This document shows, in pieces, positions 46,049 through 58,444 of a stretch of 64,000 nucleotides of DNA. Position 1 is the stretch's first letter. Every line of letters starts with the position of its first letter. The notes under the pieces were generated by a model. The model was not told where the DNA came from. It saw nothing but the letters and a program-made list of their open reading frames with translations, and ran no database searches. The stretch lies in assembly GCF_036321535.1 (NCBI RefSeq), contig NC_087437.1, forward strand, positions 34,226,001 to 34,290,000, given 5' to 3'. Made by a program: the position numbers and the translations under genes. The stretch is from Camelus dromedarius. Taxonomy: Eukaryota.

Positions 46049-47404
46049 GTCTTTAGACACATGAAATCAGGGGAAAAATAAACACCAGAGCAAATTTGAT
46101 CAACAAGTAAAGATTTGAATTAACAGAGATATTCACTCATTCCACAAACTAAGGGCCTACTGCACCAGGGGCTGTGCTAGGTGCCAGGGACACAGCGAGG
46201 AAGGTCCCAACTCTCCACAAGGACTCACTCTAGACAAGAAGGATCCAGGCACAGAGGGGATAGGATGTTGTGATGAGGGTTACATTACAAATACAAACCA
46301 AGTGTTATGGGAACACAGAGAAAAAGAAGTAATAAAAAATTACGGTGTGTCATAAATGGACAAAAAGCAGCCGTAAGACATTACAAAAGCATGGAAAGAG
46401 TGATGCTGTGGAAGGAAAGAATGAGTGAACGTGAGAACGATCAGGAAGGCACGGAGAACAGGACAGAGTGGGAGGAGAGGCAGCGAGCTGGCAAGGGAAT
46501 AGCCAAGGGGATTGGGAGGAGCTGGAGAGAGGATGGGGAGAGGGTTTCCAAGTAGCATGACGGTGCTGTGATCGGGGTGGGAAGCGACAGTGGAGTCATA
46601 AAAGCTTATCCCTTGGCAAGGGCAAGTGAGGGAGTTTCTTGTTGTGTTTCTGGGCTCAGGAAGGAGTCCTTTGGGAAACAGGTGCACCGTGAGGCCACAG
46701 AGAATGTGAAGGTGGAAGATGGTAGCTTCTTGGAAGGCACAGGAGGGTAGCGCCCTCTCAGCCAGCCCAGAATCAGTCCAGTGTTGCCCTGGTAACAAGA
46801 AGTCCAAGGAGGGCAGACAGGCTGATACTGATTATGTAGAAATGCCAAAGGAATGATCTTTCGAAGCATCAGCTGCTCCTCCTCCTGCCGCGCTGACCTG
46901 AGTCACCGCACTAAGACAGCCCCCAGCAACACACTGCAATGGAAGTTCCCCAGAGAGCAGGGTCTGGATTGCCAGCCTCCCCTAAGGAAAGCTCGGATGA
47001 ATGCACTGGTCTCAGAAGGTTCAAGACTCAAAGACGAAGACCTAGATTTGCATTTGTGATTCAATCTGAAATGACTTAGTTCCAGGTGGGACTTAACTAG
47101 CACTCCCCCAGCAGCTCATTCAGCAGCTCTTTTTACAATATCTTCAACCAGTTAAAAAATCAAATGGCCAATGAAGAGATTTTTTTTCTTTTTCTGTTTA
47201 GCATGAATGATAGTTAGGAACACAATGTGTGTTAGTTACATACCATGTCTATTGGTTCTTGTGGGTGACTTCAGTGAGTCTTAAGAAGGAAAAAAGGAAA
47301 CCATTAGTTACTGTCTCCTTCTTGGGACAAAGATTCAAGACTATGAAACAACCAAGCCAGCAAGAAGGGAAACATGTCCTGCCTGCTTTTAAAACAAGCC
47401 TAGT

Positions 47405-47510
47405 GGGAAGGGTACAGCTCAGTGGTAGAGTGGTCTTGGGTTCAATACCCATTACCTCCACTGAAAAAAAAATAACAATAAAAATAAACCTCATTAACCC
47501 CCCCCCATTT
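47405..47510 (+). mobile_element. Vic-1-type SINE with internal deletion
   Basis: GGGAAGGGTACAGCTCAGTGGTAGAGT joined directly to GGTCTTGGGTTCAATACCC; tail AATAAACCTCATTAACCCCC. Confidence 0.85.
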
Positions 47511-48569
47511 TTTCAAATTAAAAAAGAAAATCTAAAATCTAAACTGAAAAGAAATGTTTGCCTCAACTAAATAAGTGTGTCAACAATTAGCCAGCGCTGT
47601 GTGATGAGATGGTAGGTGTTTATGTAGGTAAGAGAGTGAGGAAAGTAGGGTCTTTCTTACTAAGAAGATTCTACAAGTCACAGTAGCTGCAAAATGAAAT
47701 ATTTCTTCCACAACCGTATTTGGACACAGTCCTTTATTTTTAATTTGTGAGTGTGGCCAGCAGATGGGGATAGTTCTTTATGGGTAGGTAACAACCAATC
47801 TCACCAATAACCTATTTTGTAACTTTCTAGGATGAACAGAACAGAGAAGTCAATTTAGCATTGTTAGTCCTGTATATTTCTTAGATAACACCAAAAGGAT
47901 TCAGGATTAAGTGTACGCAAATAATAACCACACACCTTTCTCTAATACTTACTGGGCACTAGGAACCAGGCACTGTATTAAGCACTTTAATCCTGGCAAG
48001 AGCCCCGTGAGCAGACAGTGTACTGATTTAGCTGTCCAGCCGCAGAGCTGGACCGTGGTGGAACTGGGATTTTATCCCAGTCTGTGTAGCTCCAGAGTCT
48101 GCACTCTCACCAGGTCTCTTAGACCCTGCTCCCGCAACCGGAGATCTGATGTCAGATAAATAGGTAAGGTTTGAGTCTGGTGGAGGCTGGAGGAAAGACT
48201 ATAATAAAATACAGATTAAGGGCTCACAGCAGAAGAAGAATCACTTCAGAAACAGAAGAAAATGTCAGACAAGTACTCCTGCAAACTTTCAAGGAAATGA
48301 GAGAAGACATGGATTCTCTGGGAAAAATAAAACTCAAGAAACTGGAGGGGTTAAATAAGATCTGATAGGACAACCACGTTAGTTGAAAAAATGAGATGGT
48401 AGAGTTTAGGACAATAAAAGAGAAATAAAGAAGTAAACATTACAAAAATGAAAGACATATTAAAAAGAACAAAAAGAATAGACACTGCTGAAAGCAGTCG
48501 GGTAAACAGTTTAAAGACAAAACTAGACGTTTTTAGGAAGACGATAGAGACGTAATTAAGAAATTATCA

Positions 48570-48780
48570 TGTTACTATATATAAAATAGATAAACAACAA
48601 GGACCTACTATATAGCACAGGGAGCCATATTCAATTTCTTGTAATAACATATAATGGAAAAGAATCTGAAAAAAAAAATATACACATATGTATGTATATG
48701 TGTAACTGAATCACTCTGTTGTACACTTGAAACTTACATTGCAAATCAACTACATTTCAATAAAAAAAAATAAATAAAAT
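48570..48780 (+). mobile_element. artiodactyl-type L1 3' end
   Basis: ATAAAATAGATAAACAACAAGGACCTACTATATAGCACAGGG..GTAACTGAATCACT..poly-A; flanks AAGAAATTATC/AAGAAGTTATC. Confidence 0.9.
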
Positions 48781-48824
48781 AAAGAAGTTATCTTAAGTGA
48801 ACAAAAAAATAAAAATTTCCAGGT

Positions 48825-48951
48825 GGGGGAGGATAGCTTAAGTGGTAGAGTGCTTGCCTAGCATGCACGAGGTGCTGGTTTCAATCCCCAGTACCTCCTT
48901 TAAAAATCAATCAATAAACCTAATTATCTGCCCCCTCAAAAAAAATTTTTT
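48825..48951 (+). mobile_element. Vic-1-type SINE
   Basis: GGGGGAGGATAGCTTAAGTGGTAGAGTGCTTGCCTAGCATGCACGAGG..TTCAATCCCCAGTACCTCC..AATAAACCTAATTATCTGCCCCC. Confidence 0.9.
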
Positions 48952-49726
48952 TAAAGGATTCTCCAGATATCCATGCAGTGAAAGCAAGTCACTAAAATGG
49001 GTTAAATCAAGCTGGCCTCAGACTTCACACAATCTTGCACTGTCCAGTGTCAGAAGACAGTGGAGCAAGGTGTACAGAATTCTGAGTCAAAATATGATCT
49101 AGGAAAGTTAAACATAACACATGTGTCATCTCATTGAAGAGGCAGGAAACAGACATTCTGTAACACGCAAGAACTCAAGACAAATGGCACCTATGAAGTC
49201 TTATAGAAGGAATTATTTGGTGATGAAATCCAGCATGCTGGTGGTATTGAGAGCATGTAAACATATTATAATGCTAAGTTAATTTTTACACTACCCCTGG
49301 AATAGAACAGAATATTAAAAAAGATCTCCCAAATATAAGAAATTAGTAAGTGTTATAGTTGGCGTTGTGAAATCAGTGAGTAAAAGATGAATTATCTAAG
49401 TCAAATTAGGACAATTAATAACATATCTGGAAAAACACCTGGTTCGCCTTCTAAAGTCCTTAGGTGGACACTAAAATAAATTATAAATAAATCAAATAGT
49501 TGAGTGTTAAAATATTTAAAAGCTATACAAATAGTAGTATATGTGTATTTCTTGATGGAGAAGAGATTTCTAAGCATGACCCCCAAACCCAGAAGCCATG
49601 AGAGAGAGAATTGATAAATTTAAGTAAACACAAAATTAAATTTTCCTCATGGGCAAAAAATAAACAGTTAAGGAAAACAACATTCTGGGAAAAATAGCTG
49701 TGACAAGTATAACAGACAGGGTTAAC

Positions 49727-49785
49727 TTTTTTTTTTAAGCAATTTTTATTTATTTATAATCATTTTACAATGTTGTGTCAAATTT
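49727..49785 (-). mobile_element. 59-bp extreme 3' end L1 insertion with perfect 12-bp TSD
   Basis: Poly-T...TTTTACAATGTTGTGTCAAATTT between GACAGGGTTAAC (49715-49726) and GACAGGGTTAAC (49786-49797). Confidence 0.85.
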
Positions 49786-49967
49786 GACAGGGTTAACATT
49801 CTTAACGTAAGAGCTCTTACAAGTCAAAAGAAAGAGAACAAAAAAAGGGGGAGACGGAAAAATGGCCAGAGGATGTTCATTTAAATAAATAATACAAATT
49901 TAAATAAACATGTAAAAAGATGCTCTACCACATTCTAATCCAAAAATGCAAAACAAAAGGATGAAGG

Positions 49968-51590
49968 CGTCTGCTTTCAGTATGACCAAGGAAGCAAGGA
50001 GGGTTTTTCTGGACCCAGTTCCCCTCAGGCAACAACCCTAAACCTGGAGGAAATCAACACACATACACTCACACATACATGAAGGAGCTGGACAGTGAAC
50101 AAAAGCTGATCTATTCTGAAGGAAAGTTAGAAGAAGGAAATGACAAAAAGTGTCCGTTTTTATGGCTTTTAGCCTGAGGTCAGGCTAAAGTCAGTGCTAC
50201 ATGGCGTGACTAAAACTCTGAGAGAAAAAAACAGTCTTTGTGGGCTGAAGAACCAAAGCACAGAGTTAAAAGCAACTACAGACACTGGAAAATGAGATGG
50301 AAATCCAGGAAAGAGAGACTCTGTGTGGAGGAGGCCCCAAATTCTGAGTATTAAGTCTACCCAATTATCTGTATGAATGAGGCAGATTCTACAGCCCCTA
50401 CAAAGACAGAACTGAACTGAGATTTGACCTGCCAACCAAAAAACAGAGTCTGCAGCTTGAGTCCAGTAGAATAATAGATTAATTGAAACTTAAAGAACCA
50501 GTGGTAATTCAAGAACCCAAAACAACAATGCCTGATATTAAAAATTCAGTAGCAGACAAAAAATTTTAAATTAAAATAAAAAGACATAGCAGAATGATTA
50601 TGACAATGAAAGATCAATAAACTTGGATATAAATCAACAGAAATTATCCAATGTGAAGAACAGAAAAAAAAAACTGCAAAAAATAACAAAATCTTAGGGA
50701 TCTGTGGGACAAAATCAAGTCAAATAAACACGCCTCAGGAGTCCCAGAAACAACAGGTAGATAGAATGGGGCAGAAACAATATTTGAAGATATAACTGAT
50801 GTTTTAAAATGTCCGAACTTGGTAGCAAACATAAATTAACAGATTAAATAGTTTCAATGAAACTCACACAAGTTAAATATGAAGAAAGCTCTACCGAGGC
50901 ACATTATAGTTAAACTGCTGGAAACCAAAGATAAAAGCAGACAAAGAAAAGTAGCACATTTCAGGAGACTGACACAAGTTTTTAAGGATTTGAATCATCA
51001 ATTATGAAGGCCAGAAGGCAGCGGGACAACATCTTTGGAGTATTGAAAGAAAACAAAACCAACCTAGAATACCATATCCAAGAAGAATATCCTTCAAGAA
51101 TGTAGGCAAAATATGGTTTCAGGCTTAAAAACAGAACAAAACAAGGTAATTTATCACCTGCTACACTACTCCAAAAAGCAGCAAAGGAATTTCTTCTGAC
51201 TAAAAGAAAGGGGTACCAGGTTTCCAGGATTTTCAAGGAAGGAATAAAGAGCATTGGAAATAGTAAATATGTGGGTAAATATAAAAAAATGATTTTTCTC
51301 CTCTTAGCTCCTGTAAAATGCACAGTAATACTTAAAGTAAAAATTATAAAGTTAATTAAATAATAAGGATTTATAATTATAGATATAATAAATAGACTAA
51401 TGAGAATAAATGCATGGAGAGGAGTAAGTAGATCTCTCTGATTGTGAAATGTTTACATTTTATACAAAGTGATACAATATTAACCCTAGAAAGGCTGTGC
51501 AAAGTTAAGGCTATATAGTATAATCTTTGGAGCAATCACTAAAAAAATAATAATACAAGGAGCTAGAGCTAAATAACTATAAAAACAACA
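49968..51590 (+). mobile_element. old L1 5' region and decayed ORF1
   Basis: Translations EIIQCEEQ, LRDLWDKIK, GVPE, GAETIFE, RHIIVKLLETKDK and ARRQRDNIFGVLKE resemble L1 ORF1p; many stops. Confidence 0.8.
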
Positions 51591-51599
51591 GTTTTTCAC

Positions 51600-52465
51600 A
51601 GAACTTAGCAAATAAATCCTACATCCTTCTGGAAGAGCAGATCACAAAGAAGAACCAGGACACACTTGAAGGGCAGGTTATTATTCATAAAGAAGGAACC
51701 TGAATGGCCAAGAAACATTTGAAGAGTTTTTGAAATCCAGGAAAACGAAATTAAGCGATGTAATACCATTTCTTGTCCCACAGACTGGCAGAACAAAAGT
51801 CTGACAATACCAGGTGTTGTCAAAGATGCGGGGACATGGGAATTCGTGTAATTGCAGGTGCGAGTATAAATGAGTAGAACTGCTTTGAAGATCAAGGCGG
51901 TGGTACCTACTGCAGCTGAAGATTGAAAGCAATTATGGTAAAACGTCGACATGTATTTAATCCCAGTAGCGTGTACATAGTTATGTGTTCTATCTGTTCT
52001 GTACTTTCAAACAAAACTGGAAGTAAAGCAAAGATTTATGTTCAAGGATGTTCATGGAAGCAATGTTTATAAGGTCAAAAAAAAAAAAAAAAAAAAAAAA
52101 CCACTGGAAATCTTCTGCATGTCCCAAATAGGAAACTGGTTAAATATATTGGGTATAATAAAATAGTATGCACAGAATGGGGTAATTTATATGTATAAGA
52201 AAAGTGTATCAAGTTAATACAACGAAGGGATAAAATCAGGCTGTAAAGCAATAATGCTCCCATCTATTTGTACAAAAGCTACACCTGGTACCTGCTTGTA
52301 CATGCATAGCAGACGGCTAAGAGGGTGCCCAAGAAACTCTTGATAGTTATCACCACTGGGAGTAGGACCGGGAGCAGAGGGGGATTCCTATTTTTCAATT
52401 TGTGTTCTTCTAAATTATTTGAATCTTTTTTACCATGAGCATGCATTAGTTTTATATTTTTTAAA
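51600..52465 (+). mobile_element. old L1 (L1ME-type) ORF2 end and 3' UTR
   Basis: AATGGCCAAGAAACAT..ACAGACTGGCAGAAC..GTCTGACAATACCAGGTGTTG..CAAGGATGTTCATGGAAGCAATGTTTATAA..TTTTTACCATGAGCATG. Confidence 0.75.
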
Positions 52466-53424
52466 AAACAACTTTTAAAAGCTTGTTTTTGTTCCCAATA
52501 GCAGGCTAGTTGATTTGCTGAGTCATTCCAGCTGCAGGATTTTCGAAAATCTTTTCCTTAAGTTATGGAAAGAACTTAGATTTTACCACCATTACTCATC
52601 TCATTATCTTTATCCCCGTTTCTGTTGCCTCCACAAGAACCTGGGACCCCAGGTTGCCTCCCTTTCCCGCACTCTGAATCTCACGCAACTCTGCATGGCC
52701 CCAACACACCACTTCCAAAGTCCTGAAGCCCTTCCCTGGGTTCTCAGCAGAAACCCCCTGTCTCCCTAGCCTCTTCTCTAGAGGCAGTTCATGGTCTTGC
52801 TCTCCCCAGACCCTGCTGTTCACTGAGGCCCCTGCTCCCCTGCAGCTCTGTCTAGTGGAAGCCTCTTCCTCCTCTGGCTTCCCCCAACTCCCTCCTATCT
52901 GCACCCTCAGCATCCTTGAGTCTTAGATCATCAGGCAGACCATCCATGCCTCTCTTTGTCTCTGTCATCCACCAGCGCTGGGACGTTGAAGATTATAGCT
53001 CCTGCCTCACCGTCACTCTCTCCAACCCTGCTCCCACCTCAATTCTCCCGATTTCAGCATCCGTTCAGATGATTTTCCCAAAGTGCTGGCCTCTCAGTTC
53101 CTTTCTGCTCAGCCAGTGGTCCTGTTTTCCACCATACCTTTGCCACTCATATCACGAGTCACATTCATTAGCAACAATCACAACTCCTCCCTAATCTACT
53201 CTGAGCACCACCCCCCCCCCCCACTTTCCATCTCACTCTTTCTGGTACCTCAACTGGGCTGATAATTCATCTACCTTTTACTTTTTATTTGTCCCCCAGC
53301 CTTCTTTTCCCCTCACTTCTCTCTACTCAGTTTAAATCCCATGGTCAAGCTCGACTTAACTCAGCCTACTCTGCCTGTGCCCACACAGCTGAATTAGTCT
53401 GAAGAAAGCACATAAGACTTCAAG

Positions 53425-54060
53425 GTATTGAGTGGGTGAGCCCTGCACTATCTGGAGGAAGAATATCCCAGAAACTAGGAACAGCATGTGCAAAGGCCCG
53501 GAGGCATGAGGGTGCACAGAGACGTTAAAGAATAAAAGAAAGTGAGGCATCTGAGCAGAGTGAGCCAAGGGGAACATGACCAAGGATGTGCTCAAGGAAG
53601 TGAATAGCTAACCAGGTCATTTAGGGTTTCTCAGGCCACGGTAAAGACTCCCTTTCCTCTGAGTGAGATGGGGAGACATCAGGTTTTGAGAAAAGTATGA
53701 CATCAACTGACTTCTATCTACAGGGGTTACTCTGCTGTGGTGTTGAGAGTAAACTACTGGGAGCAAGGGCAAGAGCAGGGAGACCATGTAGGAAGCTGCT
53801 GTAACCATCCAGCAAGAGATGGTGGTGACTTCAGTCAGTCTGGGAGCTGTGCAGATGCTGAAGAGTGGTCTGATTCTGGCTGTACCTCAAAAGTAAATGA
53901 GACTGACTGGATGTGGGGGTGTGAGCGAATGAAAGGGACTATTCCATGTTGCTGTTCATTTTTATTTGTTTGTTTGCTTTTTTGCCTGCATCACTGACTG
54001 GCGATGCCTTCAAACAAGATGGGGAAGACTGTGGGTGGATGGAGCAGGTTTATTTTGGGA
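53425..54060 (-). mobile_element. LINE-2 fragment
   Basis: GGAACAGCATGTGCAAAGGCCCGGAGGCA..GGCCACGGTAAAGACT..CTGAGTGAGATGGG..CCAGCAAGAGATGGTGGTGACTT. Confidence 0.85.
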
Positions 54061-54102
54061 CAGAGTCTCTGGCAAAGCTTAAATCTTAGTGGGGCCATTC
54101 TT

Positions 54103-54778
54103 TTTTTTTTTTTTTTTTTTTTGGTGATTCTTTAAAATTTTTTAAAAATTTACAGTGTTGTATTAGTTTCTGGCATAGAGCACAGTGATTCAGTTATACA
54201 TATATGTATATACATATTCTTTTTCATTACAGGTTACTACAAACTATTGAATATAATTTCACATGCTATACAGTAGGGCCTTGTTGTTTGTCTAGTCTGT
54301 GCGTAGTAGTTTGTATCTGTTAATCCCAAACTCCCAATTTATCCCTCTCCTGCCATCCTTGGTGACCATAAGTTTGTTTTCTATGTCTATGAGTCTCTTT
54401 CTGTTCTGTAAATAAATTCATTTGTGTCATTTTTTTAGATTCTACATAAAGAGATATCATATGTTTGTCTTTCTCTAACTGAGAAAGTTAGTTCACTTAC
54501 TATGATAATCTCTAGGTCCATCCATGTTGCTGCAAATGGCATTATTTCATTTCTTTTTATGGCTAAGTAGTATTCCATTGTATATATATATATACCACAT
54601 CTTCTTTATCAGTTCATCTGTTGATGGACATTTGGGTTGCTTCCATGTCTTGGCTATTGTGAATGGTGCTGCTGTGAACATTGGGGTGCATGTGTCTTTT
54701 CTGATTAGGGCTTTCTCTGAATATATGCCCAGGAGTGGAGTTGCTGGATCATATGGCAAGTCTATTTTTAGTTTTTTT
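54103..54778 (-). mobile_element. 5'-truncated young L1 (ORF2 C-terminus and 3' UTR) with TSD
   Basis: ORF 54547-54801 gives IDLPYDPATPLLGIY..KDTCTPMF..TIAKTWKQPKCPSTDE.IKKMWYIY, the L1 ORF2p C-terminus; TSD TTAGTGGGGCCATTCTT (54086-54102) and TTAGTGAGGCCATTCTT (54779-54795). Confidence 0.95.
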
Positions 54779-56107
54779 TTAGTGAGGCCATTCTTGACCA
54801 CCTTATTTTAAATTGCACTCCCACCCCAGCACTCTCCATCCCTGTATTTTTCACACATGGATAAAGGCAAGTCTGCCTGACTCACTGTTGGCTGGGAGAA
54901 CAGGGCAGCTCATTACCTGTCTCTCTGACACTCAGTGGGGAATGAGGGTCCCTAGCGGAAATGAAGGTGATGCTCTCAGAAGAGGTAATGGGAGCTGAGT
55001 GGGTAAATAAAAACAGATGTCCATTACACAAGCTATAAGCAGGAAACAAATCTTTCCCTTTCTGTTTATCTCTTTTTAAAATCATTACAGCTGCAGGAAC
55101 AATAAATACTCTTCCTTCCCTATCAGAGGTTTAACCTGAATCTCGTAAGATGAGGTTCTTGGATGCCGCTACCACATCCTTTTCCTGCTTTCTCCTGAAA
55201 CAGGTGACCTTAGCAAATTGACATCTTCCAGAACAGCAGGATCCCTGCCTGAGGTGTGATTTGGCGAGAAGCCAATCAATGTGGTCTGGCCATAATTTCA
55301 TTTTGACTTTAAGAACTCCAATTGGACCAAATGAATACCTTGCTCCATTAAGAACCATCTCAGGTAATGTATCTATTTATTCTTTTAGACATTCATCGCT
55401 CCAGAGACATCAGACAATGCTTTTCACAATTAATATCCATGTAAGTACCTGCCTTCTGCAGACTGAGGCAACAAGTCATTCAGTCCTCATGAGGCTGAAT
55501 CCCAGCTCACCCTTTCTGACTGTATGTACCTACCTGTCAACACCCTGCAGCTGAAAGAGAAAGGACCCAAAAGACAAGTGATATTCTGGGATGTTAAGCC
55601 GATATATTCTCATTCTTGGTCATTTCTACAAAGCACATCTGGTTGACTCAGAGCATAGAGATTTTCCATAATCTCTGGCAGAGGCTGGAGTTGGGACGAA
55701 AGCCACAATGTTCAGGGACTTCACAACCAGAGGCAAATAGCTGAGCATCAATTGAGGCTTCAAGCATGTGCCAGCTCAAGTGAGCAACTCAATGTTTCGT
55801 AATGAATACATTCTAATACATACCATTTTCTATGACAAACATTGTATAAGACTTATGACATCATAGGGTCATGTTTAAAAGTTGTATTGTTGGGAGATCC
55901 ACAAAAATCTTTTGTATTTAACTGCTGAACACCTGAAAGATCTTCTTAACCTTCTTTAAGAAAATATTAAAAACAAAAACTCTAATTTATCATAACAAGA
56001 AACAGAACATACACAGATCTAAACTTAAGTAAATCATTGTCCTGCTGGGCTAAATGTTCTTAATTCTTTGTTCTCCTGAAGTCAGTGGAATACAAAGTGC
56101 ACCCCAA

Positions 56108-57240
56108 CCCAGGCCCCCCTAAAATTTGGAACCTGGATCAATATTACAAATGGAGGCCAATATATCACTGTCTAAATAATTAGAATTTATAATTCAAGAT
56201 GACAACTATAAAATAAATATATAAAATATATTATATAAAATAAATATAAATTAAATAAATTATATAAAATATATTATATTTTATTATATAAAATAAAATA
56301 TATTCTATCTACTTATCTTGACAAATAAAATTCCACAATGACAAAATTTTTAAAATACGTGTAAAGCTACAGTTTTAATATGACTGAAATTTGGCAAAAT
56401 ATTCAAAGATAGTGGAATTTAATTATTATTGTACAAGTTGGATGTTCTGTGGATGTGTCAGCAATATTTGAATGAATAAAATAAAGAGATAAGTAGTTCA
56501 TAAAGTGTTATACATTTTTTCCATAAAATTTACTTGTGCCTTTATTTCAACAAAATCACTAATTATGTTTTAGACTTAAGAGTTCACATAATTCATGTTC
56601 CATCAACAGTAAAGATTTAATGAATTAAAAAATAAAATGCAACTACATTCAAAGTAGTTAAAATCTGCATTATTTTCATCAAAATGTAAATTAAATATAA
56701 AACACAAAAAAATCAGAATTATCTTTCATATTATTGCAACAAAGTTACTGTCATTAATTATCTATTAAAGTAGAAGGCTGCACACAAACTAGTTAACAAA
56801 AATCAATTTTTAAGTAATAATATTTAAATGAAATTAAATTTTATTTAATTTCTTGATGATCCAGCAAAATATTATTTAACATTTTTGTAAAAATCATAAT
56901 TTGTAGTGCAAACATTCAAATGCCTTTACCAGTCAATGTGGGGAATTGGTATCATGTTTCATGTGCTTCATATATAAAATTTTATATATATATAAAACAT
57001 TCAAATATATATATATAATTTTATATTTAATATACAAATATACATACGTACACACATATGCATATTTGTTTACAAATTCAAGAGTAACATGTATTGTTTT
57101 AAGTTGTAAAGTGTTCCTCAACTACTGTAAGCAACTGTTGCCACCCACAATAATTCATGAGTACCTTTGTGACCAAAAATTGGAACTTGAAGAGAAACAA
57201 AAAAATGAACATACTATATATTAGAAAATACTTTGTCACA
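56108..57240 (-). mobile_element. Zaphod-like hAT-Tip100 DNA transposon fragment with transposase C-terminal remnant
   Basis: Minus strand of 56521-56614 translates LLLMEHELCELL / NIISDFVEIKAQVNFM (one frameshift), resembling the hAT dimerisation-domain end; very AT-rich; terminus ACAAATGGAGGCC..TGTCTAAATA. Confidence 0.7.
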
Positions 57241-57459
57241 TGAGAATCTATTGTATCCTTGCTACTGGTAAAGAAGTTAATTCATTTTTTCTAAAATATT
57301 TCCTCGACTTGAATCCTCTGAAAGCCAAAGCAGTATCCATCTCCGAGACTGGCAGGGCATGACTGCCCAGACTTCCCCGCATATGTCCTATGTTTCAAGG
57401 ACAGAGGACAAAAAAAGTGCTTCCCCAAAGTCCCTGGAATACACGTATTTCCCAGCCCA

Positions 57460-57690
57460 AGCTGGCCCTAAACATCTGGGGGACCTGAGTCAGGAAAACA
57501 AATGGAGGCCCACATTTCATATGTCTAAATAATTCAAAGTTATAAATCAAGATGACAACCTTCAAAAAAAAAAATAAGTTCTATCCCCTTATCTTAACAA
57601 AGAGTTAATCATCAGAGTTCCAGCTAAAGGTTACAGGTTGCACTGTGCCAGCATTAAACACTCGATCCCAAGTGACAGTGGCGCCTGTGT
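57460..57690. mobile_element. MER115/Zaphod-type terminal fragment
   Basis: ACAAATGGAGGCCCACATTTCATATGTCTAAATAATTCAAAGTTATAAATCAAGATGACAAC..TTCTATC..TATCTT.ACAAA, similar to 56146-56330. Confidence 0.65.
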
Positions 57691-57696
57691 ACAAGG

Positions 57697-58080
57697 TTTT
57701 TTTTTTTTTTTAATATATTCTTATTGAAGTGCAGTCAGTTTACAGTGTTGTGTCAATTTCTGGTGTACAGGACAATACTTCAGTCACATAGGAACATACA
57801 TACATTCGTTCTCATATTCTCATAAGTTACTACAAGATACTGAATATGGTTCCCTGTGCTATACAGCATAAGCTTGTTGTTTAACTATTTTATATATAGT
57901 AGTTAGTATCCGCCAATCTCGAACTCCCAGTTTATCCCTTCCCGCCCCCTTCCCCCGCTGGTAACCATAAGTTTGTTTTCTATGTCGGTGAGTCTTTTTC
58001 TGTCTTGTAAATAAGTTCGTTTGTCTTTTTTTTTTTTTTTTTCTAGATTCCACATATAAGTGATATCATGTAGTATTTTT
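57697..58080 (-). mobile_element. young artiodactyl-type L1 3' end
   Basis: Poly-T, ATTGAAGTGCAGTCAGTTTACAGTGTTGTGTC...GGTAACCATAAGTTTGTTTTCTATGTC...TAGATTCCACATATAAGTGATATCAT. Confidence 0.92.
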
Positions 58081-58121
58081 CAAAAATGGTTTCTATAATT
58101 TTAATTTGAATAGACAAGTTG

Positions 58122-58225
58122 TGGGGTGGGAGGGTATAGCTCACTGGTAAGAGTACATGCTTAGCATGTACCATACACATAAGTTCCTGGGTTCAATCCT
58201 TGGTACCTCCATTTTTTTAAAAAAG
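58122..58225 (+). mobile_element. Vic-1-type SINE with a small internal insertion
   Basis: GGGAGGGTATAGCTCACTGGTAAGAGTACATGCTTAGCATGTACCATACACATAAGTTCCTGGGTTCAATCC..GTACCTCC. Confidence 0.88.
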
Positions 58226-58444
58226 TGAACTGACCAATGAAGTACCGAATATTCGTTCACCTGGACATTACACTCAAATTGGCCAGTTGCCCCAGTGATG
58301 TCCTTTATAGCAAGAGCGTCCAGTCCAGGATCACAGTTGTTGTCTCTCCAGGCACCTTTAATCTGGAATCATTCTTCAATCTTTCCTTGAGTTTCATATC
58401 GCTGACATTTTGAAGATTACAGGGCAGTCATAGTCTAGAGTGTC

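Noticed and set aside
46340..46807. Longest ORF in the track (155 aa)
   Set aside because: Antisense to purine-rich, probably L2-derived sequence; no recognisable protein features.
54547..54801. 84-aa ORF as a host gene
   Set aside because: It is the L1 ORF2p C-terminus inside a TSD-flanked truncated L1.
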